Source of the DNA: a virus
Lineage: Duplodnaviria; Caudoviricetes
IMG/VR virus record: IMGVR_UViG_3300049854_000037
Span: 1-30,199 of that record
Length of the DNA: 30,199 nt
Direction: 5' to 3' (one strand)
Shown here: piece by piece, positions 7,801 to 15,564 of the stretch
How the letters are laid out: each line of letters begins with the position of its first letter
How positions within the stretch are numbered: position 1 is the stretch's first letter
Notes under the pieces: model-generated
Seen by the model: only the letters and a program-made list of their open reading frames with translations
What the model was told of the DNA's origin: nothing
Databases searched by the model: none
Translations under genes and position numbers: made by a program

Positions 7801-9421
7801 TCATAGCGTCCGTGGCCGTACCAATGGAACTCAGAAAGAGACTCGAATTTCCGCTTCCGCCAACGGCGATAGTCAAATCCTCGGCGTCTGCACCGGAAGT
7901 CAGGGTAAGGTTCAAGTCGTCGGCGGCGTCAATACTGATTATCCCGGTCGAATCGGCAAAGATTCCACCCGTACCGGAGTCGATGTCAACTCCGCCCGCC
8001 GCATCCGAAGCATCGATGTTTATGGCATCCGTAACCGCTTCGCTTGCAATCAGGTTGACCGAGCCACCCGTATTGGTGATAACAATGTCCTGACCGGCTT
8101 CACCGGCGGCGTCTATATCAATCCCACCGCCCGTAGCGTCGATATTTACGGCATCGGTAGCATCTTCCGACCCGGACAGAACAATCGAACCGCCCGTATT
8201 GACTACCGAGAAATCTTCCGTAGCTGCGCCGGTAATTGCAATACTCACCAGGTCCTGAGAAGTAACGGCTATGCCGTCACCGGAGACAATACTAATATCC
8301 CCGGTCGCGGCGGAGGTGATAAGACTTAGCGCATCTCCACCCGTTCCGGCAGATTGAAGGATAAGACTGGAATCCTGGGCACCGGCAACCTCGATAGTAA
8401 AGTCGTCATCCGAACCGTTGGCGGTGTTGGTCATTACCATCGTAGTGCCAGTACCATCCACGTCGATACCGCCTGCCGAAGCATAAACTTTGATAGCATC
8501 GGCACCGGTACCGGCGCTTCGCAGATCGAGACTTGCGTTCAATGCGCCCGTGACCTGGATAGTAAGGTCGTCGGCGGCTTCGTTGGCAACAAGCGTTATG
8601 CCCGATGCGGATGAATCGAAGTAGATATTCCCGACTCCGTTAATATCGTCGATAGTATCGAAATCAATCTTAGTCGCCCCGCTGTCGGACGAAAAGGTAA
8701 TGATGTTTGTGTTCGTGCCGAGTCCGATACTAATATCTTCCGTAGTGGCGGTCGGGCTATAGAACTCGAATTCAAGATTGGTATCGTTCCTTATGGCTTC
8801 ACCGGCCTCAACAAATACCAGGTCGGTTGCACCGACAATAATCCCGGCGAAAGTGCCTACACCAGCCTCGGACACGGTCCACAAATCGCTCGTACCGGTA
8901 ATGTCGTCGCCCGTACCCGCACCATCGATCTGGATAGTCGGACCCGTCCCGGCGTTCGTTAATACAAGACCGGGAGTAGCCGCCGTATCGGACTGAACTA
9001 TAGTCAGGGCGGCGTTATTGGCCGCATCGGTAGCCGTCAGGGTGATTGTGCCTGCATCGACAGTTATTGGCCTTCCGGTATTGTAGGCCGTGTCGAGACT
9101 CGATGCACCGGCTGTATCGATAGTTATCCACGTAGTGCCGTTGTAAAGAAGCAGGCCATTCGAGGCACTATCGTAATAGACCATACCTTCGGAACCAGTT
9201 GGTGCCGTACCCGGTGTAAAGATAATACTCGTTACTCCCGTAGACCCGTCGAGAGTCGTCTCTACCTCATTGATGAACTGGTAGAGAGGGTCCATCGGCG
9301 TACCACTTCCGACGTAGCCCCTGTTCTGGTTGTAGTACGTCAGGCCATACGACATGGCCCCGTAAACGGGTTGCCATGCCATAAGCATAATCAATAATAT
9401 TGAGAAGATTATCTTTCTCAT
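4847..9421 (-). CDS. Giant (1524 aa) acidic repeat fibre-like protein with an N-terminal signal peptide and a C-terminal decoration-type jelly-roll-like domain
   Basis: Signal peptide MRKIIFSILLIMLMAWQPVYG|A. Fibre-type motif EGMVYYDSASNGLLLYNGTTW and many AIxLxAxAGGIDIDA-type repeats. C-terminus LGAIIPAYAEVI...LDLGT...AGRWGVFITY. AGGAG RBS. Confidence 0.8.
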   Translation of the reverse strand: MRKIIFSILLIMLMAWQPVYGAMSYGLTYYNQNRGYVGSGTPMDPLYQFINEVETTLDGSTGVTSIIFTPGTAPTGSEGMVYYDSASNGLLLYNGTTWITIDTAGASSLDTAYNTGRPITVDAGTITLTATDAANNAALTIVQSDTAATPGLVLTNAGTGPTIQIDGAGTGDDITGTSDLWTVSEAGVGTFAGIIVGATDLVFVEAGEAIRNDTNLEFEFYSPTATTEDISIGLGTNTNIITFSSDSGATKIDFDTIDDINGVGNIYFDSSASGITLVANEAADDLTIQVTGALNASLDLRSAGTGADAIKVYASAGGIDVDGTGTTMVMTNTANGSDDDFTIEVAGAQDSSLILQSAGTGGDALSLITSAATGDISIVSGDGIAVTSQDLVSIAITGAATEDFSVVNTGGSIVLSGSEDATDAVNIDATGGGIDIDAAGEAGQDIVITNTGGSVNLIASEAVTDAINIDASDAAGGVDIDSGTGGIFADSTGIISIDAADDLNLTLTSGADAEDLTIAVGGSGNSSLFLSSIGTATDAMSLQVTGASGGIDIDTTNDGIISIVSTDDLILEVTAGSTGEDIIIQTTGATDNHILIDSEGTTANTIALQSLAGGLDIDAKDDIVITVASTASGDLLALTQTGAVSGAGITATAAGTGAAAISLQAAAGGIDIDAGTSGINMAATAGDVTITNTTAKDIIIDAQAGRVLITGTESAADAILLTADGTNGEIALTAKVGGIDIDAASGPITIDAAGAAGDLISIKNTNGTGVSVTTAEVAAIQLYTPAGGIGLASGLAAADAIRIEAQGTNGQITVQNILGTTASSTTQTDASIQLYSQVGGIGLTSGLSAADAIRLETTAAGGLLTIQSAAGTDASAIGLIATAGGITAKVADGKSLKLGNADADAYFEVAGHATPATEYVNIVNTAGTAATAITMTALAGGINMTVNDASTLKLGSEGGDTYIQVAPHGTPATEIISVVNAAGTADTAITLTATAGGMTAKIADEKNLILGNAASDTYFKVTPSATPASEIISMVNAAGTANGAVVLTSTAGGVDINAKEMVKVDVAAGTAATAVITLTNTPGTDEAAISLQSVAGGVDIDAAAAKNVAIQGGQVLITSLDNAASAISLVTNVGITETIVFTNSAGTGTDAFNIDATLGGIDIDASKAISLDTSAAGSDIDLDSALGSVYLEGGEADAKAIWFNANNAAGGIDIDFGTGNLDIDGTGASADFTVDGDLFSIDGTGTSNITVTATEAAEDFTVSQAGIAIDASLVLSSSGNSDTDALIINATAGGMDIDAADGITISAAGAATEDITITDTGGSINLVATESAADAIVLNPSGTLGAVSISDHNMVNVGDIKADDIVDDTSGDIMYMVKTVVKTVDAVAAGTTDDFSCTSVGNVTEQTISLGAIIPAYAEVISAQIRCFETLVSSGADPDELTSLDLGTAAGGAQLLGTVVIDSVDEINATAAASGPLVAATNAPRTVYFNIVPGDNFDTLSAGRWGVFITYIDYSAAHEQNNPN
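6269..6772 (-). repeat. Three tandem 56-aa (168 bp) repeats in the 1524-aa protein
   Basis: GGITAKVADGKSLKLGNADADAYFEV...; GGINMTVNDASTLKLGSEGGDTYIQV...; GGMTAKIADEKNLILGNAASDTYFKV..., each with TPA(T/S)E and VN(T/A)AGTA. Confidence 0.9.
6833..7144 (-). repeat. Two tandem 52-aa repeats in the 1524-aa protein
   Basis: ...AAIQLYTPAGGIGLASGLAAADAIRIE... / ...ASIQLYSQVGGIGLTSGLSAADAIRLE... Confidence 0.85.
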
Positions 9422-9463
9422 GTTTATGTCTCCTAAAAAACTATTTACTCATTTTCTTTTGTG

Positions 9464-9946
9464 TTACGGTGTCCCTACGTTCGATGACTCGACCTGGATG
9501 TTGTAATCCGTTCTCGGTCTCGACGGTGAGAGTTCGAAGTCGATTGTGATCGTATTAGTAGTTCCCGCTTGAGCGTAGTACAGTTGCAGGTACCTCTGGG
9601 TATCATAGGAACGGCATTCCATCGGAAGTGTGCACCGAAGAATCCATGCGCCCACAGTAGCCAGTCGTGCATCGGAACCAATTATCGACGGTGTTTCAAT
9701 AATGGTTTTGGCTCCTGCGTTAATGTCCGTACCGTCCGAACCCGACCCAGTGCGGATTTGGAACTGGTAATATTCATCACCGTCGGCAATGCTTGCCGCC
9801 ACGTTCGTCGATAAGGCAATCCAGATATCGGCAGCACCGGGTAATTCGTGTGTTGCGTTGCCCAAGTCCAGGCAGTACCCGGCATAAGTATCCGAATCAG
9901 CCAAAGACTCCGCATCGCAAAGTTTTCCAAGTAATTCAAGAATCAT
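9464..9946 (-). CDS. Capsid cement/decoration protein, Bbp16-like
   Basis: Lies directly after the major capsid gene. The N-terminus MILE....DAESL...LDLG and the motif QRYLQLYY resemble the BPP-1 Bbp16 family. AAGGAG RBS. Confidence 0.7.
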   Translation of the reverse strand: MILELLGKLCDAESLADSDTYAGYCLDLGNATHELPGAADIWIALSTNVAASIADGDEYYQFQIRTGSGSDGTDINAGAKTIIETPSIIGSDARLATVGAWILRCTLPMECRSYDTQRYLQLYYAQAGTTNTITIDFELSPSRPRTDYNIQVESSNVGTP

Positions 9947-9987
9947 GTTTATACTCCTTACAAATGTTTAGTTTTTGAGTTTGTTTT

Positions 9988-11037
9988 TTACGTCAACTGG
10001 GTTTCGTCGGCGTTCAATGCTTCCATGCGGCGGATGATAATATCGCCTATCATGGGCAGTTCGATCTTGTACGGATTGTCCGCACTGTAACGGACGTTGT
10101 ACCTCTCCATAGTCAGGGAGATGAGCTGGATGTACACATAGGGATCGCAATAGAGGAACCACGGCGCCTCTACCTGCCGGTCGGGATTGACCGCTCCACG
10201 CATCGAGCTTATGACCGTATGAATGTGGCGGGCCTCGACTATCTTGCGAATCAGTGTCGTGGTCAACCCGGCATAGGTAATCGGGATATTGCAGATTCGC
10301 TTAATGGCCTTCTGGTTCTTGATATTCCAACCGACCCACCATTCGAACAGGGTCACGAGATCGTATCGTGTAGCGCTGGTCGTACCGTTGGCATCGGTCG
10401 ATGTGACGGTTACAGGTTCCTCACCCTTGTCCGTGCGCACGATACCTTTTGTCGCGTGGAACTTGGGATGGAGCAGGTGGAATGTCGTTCGGCCGGGCTT
10501 AATCAACCATGCACTCCGCAGTGTGGCGCCCGTACCGCCGACGTCGAATACCTGCGTGGTATTAGTCGCCGCGTTCCACGGTGCGCGGTTTGCCAGACCA
10601 TCGAGTTTTTCGTGATTGGCCGCAGATGTGCCGTTAATCAGGGCGTTGCACAGGCCCTGGGTCATGCCCTCTTCGTGGGCTCTTTCCTGGTCGCTGCGAT
10701 ACCTTGCTATGTCTTCCGGGGTGCCCTGGGCCTTGAGTACGTCGACGGGGGCCTGGTAACGTGACTTGAGGATACCAAGCTGCTCGCGGTAGGACTCGAT
10801 TCTTCCGAACGAAGCCGTCACACCGTCGCCCAATGCTACGAACGTAGCCGTAGGCAGGGATGACCAGCGGGCGTCCTTGTGCGAAAGGTTCTCATTTGCG
10901 GGAAAGGACGGCATGTCCTTGACGAGATCGTTTACTTCGACTAAATTCTGGGACATCTCCAATAAGCTGCCGTCGGCTCCGTGAGCCTCCATCATATTGA
11001 AGATATTGTCCCTGTTGCCAAATTCTAACTCTGCCAT
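9988..11037 (-). CDS. Major capsid protein (BPP-1 Bbp17 / epsilon15 gp7-like)
   Basis: 349 aa after the scaffold gene. Motifs EVNDLVKDM..AN...H....W.SLP......GV, LDGLANR, DVGGTG...SAW and AIKRICNI. AGGAG RBS. Confidence 0.85.
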   Translation of the reverse strand: MAELEFGNRDNIFNMMEAHGADGSLLEMSQNLVEVNDLVKDMPSFPANENLSHKDARWSSLPTATFVALGDGVTASFGRIESYREQLGILKSRYQAPVDVLKAQGTPEDIARYRSDQERAHEEGMTQGLCNALINGTSAANHEKLDGLANRAPWNAATNTTQVFDVGGTGATLRSAWLIKPGRTTFHLLHPKFHATKGIVRTDKGEEPVTVTSTDANGTTSATRYDLVTLFEWWVGWNIKNQKAIKRICNIPITYAGLTTTLIRKIVEARHIHTVISSMRGAVNPDRQVEAPWFLYCDPYVYIQLISLTMERYNVRYSADNPYKIELPMIGDIIIRRMEALNADETQLT

Positions 11038-11089
11038 TGCAGTTTCTCCTAAAAAAAGATCAAAGTTAATTTATTACTGAACTTTTTTC

Positions 11090-11194
11090 GGAGAGGTATC
11101 TGCTACGGCAGTGTCTCCTAATGCTTTTACGCCCCATCTAACGGCGGCGGCACTTTACCACTGAGCATCAGGACCTCGAATGAGGGGTATCTGA
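11090..11194 (-). promoter_or_regulatory. Structured RNA leader upstream of the major capsid gene
   Basis: Three predicted hairpins. The 12-mer CAGATACCYCTC occurs twice (plus strand 11091-11102 and 11182-11193). Confidence 0.6.
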
Positions 11195-11210
11195 CAAACA
11201 TAATTTTTTA

Positions 11211-12056
11211 TCAACCCGGTTTTCCGCCCCCTAATGATACCGGGGTATTCGGATACCGTTTGGCGTTTAAGGCTTCCCTGGACAATTTGGCATTGGCCTT
11301 CGAAGGCTGGAACTGGCCGGGCAGTATCTTGCCCGTACCCTCCATAATCTGCGCCCATCCCGCGGCGTCGGCCAAAGCCTTAAAGAGAATGGGATGGTTC
11401 CTGAGACCAGAAGCGTTCAACTGCTTCTCGAAGTCCGCGTATTCGGCGTCGTCGATTGCCCGGCTCTTCATAAATGAGTCGATCAATGGAAGTCTCTGGG
11501 TGTATTCCTGCGGTCCTAAATATTTCTGCATTATGGCAACGACAGATTGCCGTTGTTTTTCAACCGACTCTTTGTGGTCGATAATCATTTGCTCTTTCGC
11601 CCGTTGAGACCAACTCATAGCCTTCTCGTAAAGGCCCTGCAAAGTCCTGGCCCCGATACCGGATTCCTTGGCGAAGGCCCTGAGTTCCATCTTTGTCTGC
11701 TCGGTGAAGTCAAGGTCTTCGTCGATCTTATCCGGCCGGACAAGGGTATAACCCTCGGCGTTTTCCGGCACTTCGTTAATAACGGCCATGCGCTTGGCTA
11801 ATTCCGACTTCTGGGTATCGTTGAGTTTCTTCGGGATACGGAAATTAGAGCCTAAGAGCTTTTCCTTCTCGACTATGGCCTTAACAGCCTCATCGCGGCT
11901 CTTGTACCGGCTCAGGATGGTCTTACTGGACTCATCGGCGATAATATCCTTGTATTCCGGTTCGTTCAGCCAGTCGGGTACAGTGACGTCCTCCGGGGTA
12001 ACGTCTTCAACTGCCGCCGGGTCTTCTACAACTGCTGTTCCTACTGTTTCTGCCAT
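11211..12056 (-). CDS. Capsid scaffolding/assembly protein
   Basis: Directly upstream of the capsid gene. Acidic N-terminus, PDW...KS.DEAVKA..E.EKLLG...IP and PENAEGYTL motifs, helical body, C-terminal RYPN. Confidence 0.75.
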   Translation of the reverse strand: MAETVGTAVVEDPAAVEDVTPEDVTVPDWLNEPEYKDIIADESSKTILSRYKSRDEAVKAIVEKEKLLGSNFRIPKKLNDTQKSELAKRMAVINEVPENAEGYTLVRPDKIDEDLDFTEQTKMELRAFAKESGIGARTLQGLYEKAMSWSQRAKEQMIIDHKESVEKQRQSVVAIMQKYLGPQEYTQRLPLIDSFMKSRAIDDAEYADFEKQLNASGLRNHPILFKALADAAGWAQIMEGTGKILPGQFQPSKANAKLSREALNAKRYPNTPVSLGGGKPG

Positions 12057-12085
12057 AATGTCTTCCTTCCTTTCAATGTTTAAGA

Positions 12086-12466
12086 TTAAATGAATTCCTT
12101 AACCAGTTTCTGCGCCTTTTCAATACCGTCACCACTAAGGCCGCTTCGAGGATTGCCGTCAATATCGACAAATAGCCTCAGTTCCTTGTTGGCGGGGTCC
12201 ATCCACGCTTCCCGGATGGTTGCGTATCTCGGCTTTTTTATTACAGGTGGTTCTATGGGCGACTCAGTAGTAGGCGCCGTAACAATGTCACCAGACGGTT
12301 CTACAGAATCAGCCAAAACAACATCGCCGGATGGTTCTGTTGGATCAACAACAATGGGCGGTTCTACGGGATATCGATTCTCTATAGGGGTCTCGATAAC
12401 AAACTCGACTTTCGGTTCTTGTTCCAACATAATCTTTCCTTTCTTCGTCCTCTTTTTGCGAGGCAT
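12086..12466 (-). CDS. Hypothetical Pro/Glu-rich protein
   Basis: 126-aa ORF, GAAAGGAAG RBS, internal EPSGD duplication. Confidence 0.65.
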   Translation of the reverse strand: MPRKKRTKKGKIMLEQEPKVEFVIETPIENRYPVEPPIVVDPTEPSGDVVLADSVEPSGDIVTAPTTESPIEPPVIKKPRYATIREAWMDPANKELRLFVDIDGNPRSGLSGDGIEKAQKLVKEFI

Positions 12467-12477
12467 GGTACTTCCTT

Positions 12478-12702
12478 TCAGTTTTTTACTATATCGAACG
12501 GCGATAACGGGTCGGAATTAACTGTCCTGACAACTTTCACACCTTTAGTGGCGGCGCCGATAGCGATCAATTCATTCACACAGTTACAAAGCTGAAGCAT
12601 GTAGTCCTCGGTATCACCGGACTTGATCTCCATAAAGAGTTTGTGTTTATTGAATTGTGGCCCCGGAACCGGGTAAGCCTGAGTTTTACTTCCGAAAAGC
12701 AT
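12478..12702 (-). CDS. Hypothetical protein
   Basis: 74-aa ORF coupled (TAATG) to the upstream gene. Confidence 0.65.
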   Translation of the reverse strand: MLFGSKTQAYPVPGPQFNKHKLFMEIKSGDTEDYMLQLCNCVNELIAIGAATKGVKVVRTVNSDPLSPFDIVKN

Positions 12703-13022
12703 TATGTCTCCACCTTCAAAGCAGTCATATCATATTCGTGATTTACGAGCGAACCGTTGCTCTTCTCCCAGACAACCATTCCCTCTTCGGTCTGTTTCTG
12801 TGTCTCGTCGATATAACCCACGACTACGGCACACACCATAGTCAGGCCGGTAACATCTTTAATCCTGCAGGGCGCCGTCGATTGAACCCGCATGACAAGG
12901 CCGGTCTCATCATTAAGGCATCCCAACAGTATAGCGTCGATATGCTTCCACAAATAATCCTCGACGTTGTGGAACTGCGCGAGTACCAAAGGTTCCTGAA
13001 ATAGTGAGCATAGAACTTTCAT
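12702..13022 (-). CDS. Hypothetical protein
   Basis: 106-aa ORF overlapping both neighbours (ATGA/TAATG). Confidence 0.65.
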   Translation of the reverse strand: MKVLCSLFQEPLVLAQFHNVEDYLWKHIDAILLGCLNDETGLVMRVQSTAPCRIKDVTGLTMVCAVVVGYIDETQKQTEEGMVVWEKSNGSLVNHEYDMTALKVET

Positions 13023-13315
13023 TGCATTCTCGCATATCTTAAAACACTCATTGCAAGGTGCTTTGCCAGACTCTCCTTGCAGTCCAAAACGTATTCATTC
13101 CTTATTTCGACTCCCACTTCATCGTGTTCGATAACCTTTTGACCGCACAAAGCCCTTATTTTGCCGATGGCGGCGTTGTGGAGTACGGCGAAGGTCGGGT
13201 CCGTGCAGGGTTCGAAAAGAATCTCCAAATCCATCGCCAGCAGGTCGGGATTCGACTGGTACGCCATGACCATCATAGCTCGTTTGGGATCGGGTTGTTT
13301 AGGTTGGTCGGTCAT
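13019..13315 (-). CDS. Hypothetical protein at the post-portal (Bbp19-like) position
   Basis: 98-aa helical ORF with ATGA coupling. The family call rests on position only. Confidence 0.6.
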   Translation of the reverse strand: MTDQPKQPDPKRAMMVMAYQSNPDLLAMDLEILFEPCTDPTFAVLHNAAIGKIRALCGQKVIEHDEVGVEIRNEYVLDCKESLAKHLAMSVLRYARMQ

Positions 13316-13533
13316 GCGGCCTCTGGTATCTCTTTAACCGTGTTAATGTCGAATTGAATCAAGTCATTAAGTTCATTTAACTGATGACAACTAGGGCATC
13401 GGTAACTACCTCTAACCCATCCATTGTCCAAAAAAAGTTGGGCAATACTATTGATTCCACCTTTAAGCCAGCCACCAGAAAAGAATCCACAACAATGCGT
13501 TGGCAAACATTTAACTTTTCCTATGATTTTCAT
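13312..13533 (-). CDS. Small Cys-containing (possible Zn-binding) protein
   Basis: 73 aa with HCCG...CPSC, ATGA-coupled to the portal gene. Confidence 0.6.
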   Translation of the reverse strand: MKIIGKVKCLPTHCCGFFSGGWLKGGINSIAQLFLDNGWVRGSYRCPSCHQLNELNDLIQFDINTVKEIPEAA

Positions 13534-15323
13534 GCGGCCTCCATCAGTTGCATCGGCGACTTCTCTTCGGTAGAACCCTGAAGTTTCGGCACCATATCGG
13601 CCATTGCGGATGCCCTTTCGATTATTTGAGCCTGCCTGCGCTCGGCTGCCAGGACTTGCATAATCTCAGCGTACTCATCGGCCCCACGTATGGAGTCCTG
13701 CGGGAAGTCCCCGGACTCTAAAATCCTCTCGACGATAGTTTCGGCCCTGACCTTATTCTTGGTGTCCGGCCATATCTGGAACATCGGGGCACACGTCATC
13801 AAAGGCTGCTGAATCCGCTTGGCCATCATTGCGTATTTGAGACCCTGAACTAACGGGCCGGTAAAAACCGGGGCTATCATTCCGTTGGATTCCCATATCT
13901 CATCCGGCGGCTGGGTCTCGCTCCAGAACCGGCTTGTAGTCACATCGTTACCGTACAAAGGCCGGGCCTCAAGCTCGACGAACTGGTCGTCGATATTCTG
14001 CAATGCCGGGCCTGCGTAAGAGGTAATGGCGGGTCCAACCAGGACCATTGTCTCGGATATCATTTGCGAGAGCTGGTAGGCCGTTGGCGGCTGTGTGTGG
14101 TCCCTGCTGTACGTTTCTATCATCCTTGCCATATCTGCGAAGAAATGGCGACCTACGGTCTTGGTGCGCCTGTCCAGAAAGTCCATTGCCCAGTTGTAAT
14201 TCGAACGGTCCTCTACCTGCTTGGGCGGCTTGAGGTATTCTTCATTGGTCAGCCATGTAACGCCGCCGGCCCCGAGCTGCAACTTGCCCTTGAGACTATC
14301 AAGTGCGTAGGAAGAAGGCCGGGCGTATTTGTGTGCAGTCTCATGTATAGTCCGCCAAGCCGCGTTAAGGCCCTTGACATCGGGCAGGGCACTCCATCCG
14401 GGCGTGCGTGAATACGTCTCATGCGGCAGTCGGTTGTAATGCCATGAATGGAAAGGTTTGTGCCAGTATCCGGGCGATGAAGTAGGTATGTTTACGGTCG
14501 AACCATCAGGTTGAACCTGCCCTATGTAGTTGAGCGGCTTCTTCTCGGTCTCGGTTATCCCGCTAATACAGAACCACATCTGCATCCACGGACGGAGTAA
14601 GGGTATCTCGTATTGAGGTTTGAGACCCTGGAATATCGGGTCGCCCGCACGGGCAATGCACATCAGGTATTCATGCTCGGTAGTGTACGAACCCTGCTCG
14701 CACTCACGTTTGATGGATTCGGGAAGTTTATCCTTACCGAAACCCTGCATCGCAGAGAAATTGTTAATCTTCCACTTGCGATGATATGCGACATCATTGC
14801 CGAACCAGTCACGCATCAGGTAATTCTGAGACCAGTGGGGCAACGTGCAGACCTTCTGATTGTTCTGGCGGTCCTCCTCAACCAACATTACAGGAGAACC
14901 CATAGTGAGACCGTCTAAAACGAAATGATTATTGACCTCGTAGAAGTTGGAAGCCGGGTATGCGTAAACCTCTTCCAGCATGAACTCGGCGATTCTCTGG
15001 GCAAAGGCGTTCATTGTATCGTCACCCCTGAACCTGCGCTCCGCCATGCGATACCTGATCCAGTCCAGTGAAGGACCCACGAGATTGCCGACGAACCACG
15101 TAGCCATAGTAGCGGCATCGAAGTGGCCCGTGCCCTCGACGATAGATGTACCCATCTGCTTGCCCTTACTGCTGTCGGTATCGTTGGTAATGTCGGGCCT
15201 TAAATACTCGACAATCTCCCTGATAACGGGCAGGTAAGGATCCTTATCGGCCTCCATCTGCGTCTGCCGCGTGCTTGCGAATCTGTCATACAGACTCTGT
15301 TCGTCCCAATTACTGCTGGCCAT
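13530..15323 (-). CDS. Portal protein (head-to-tail connector, Bbp21/T7 gp8-like)
   Basis: About 597 aa from MASSN. Motifs SNFYE....F......G, ETYSRTPGWSALPDVKGLN, HFFAD and TAYQL...E....GP are typical of podovirus connectors. Confidence 0.9.
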   Translation of the reverse strand: MASSNWDEQSLYDRFASTRQTQMEADKDPYLPVIREIVEYLRPDITNDTDSSKGKQMGTSIVEGTGHFDAATMATWFVGNLVGPSLDWIRYRMAERRFRGDDTMNAFAQRIAEFMLEEVYAYPASNFYEVNNHFVLDGLTMGSPVMLVEEDRQNNQKVCTLPHWSQNYLMRDWFGNDVAYHRKWKINNFSAMQGFGKDKLPESIKRECEQGSYTTEHEYLMCIARAGDPIFQGLKPQYEIPLLRPWMQMWFCISGITETEKKPLNYIGQVQPDGSTVNIPTSSPGYWHKPFHSWHYNRLPHETYSRTPGWSALPDVKGLNAAWRTIHETAHKYARPSSYALDSLKGKLQLGAGGVTWLTNEEYLKPPKQVEDRSNYNWAMDFLDRRTKTVGRHFFADMARMIETYSRDHTQPPTAYQLSQMISETMVLVGPAITSYAGPALQNIDDQFVELEARPLYGNDVTTSRFWSETQPPDEIWESNGMIAPVFTGPLVQGLKYAMMAKRIQQPLMTCAPMFQIWPDTKNKVRAETIVERILESGDFPQDSIRGADEYAEIMQVLAAERRQAQIIERASAMADMVPKLQGSTEEKSPMQLMEAA

Positions 15324-15387
15324 TAGGCCCCCCATATCTCGCCGGTGCGTCACCCCCACGGCTATCGCACAGACGATTTATTATTTA

Positions 15388-15564
15388 CTATTCCTTAACC
15401 TCGTCCGGTTTCGAACATTGCTTAACCTCAGCATTTTTTACTTTTAGATTTTCAATCATTATATCACGCAAGGCTATTCCTACTTTGTTGACTGCATCTT
15501 GGTCGTCAACGTATATATCGCAACCTGCGACTTTCAAACCTTCAACATTGTAATACTCTTTCAT
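15388..15564 (-). CDS. Small hypothetical protein (58 aa)
   Basis: Not in the ORF track. MKEYYNVEGLKVAGCD...KPDEVKE*, with a GAGG RBS and ATGA overlap with the upstream stop. Confidence 0.6.
   Translation of the reverse strand: MKEYYNVEGLKVAGCDIYVDDQDAVNKVGIALRDIMIENLKVKNAEVKQCSKPDEVKE

Noticed and set aside
4950-8996. Many plus-strand ORFs opposite the 1524-aa gene
   Set aside because: Antisense shadows of Ala/Gly/Thr/Asp/Ile-rich coding sequence, with no recognisable motifs.
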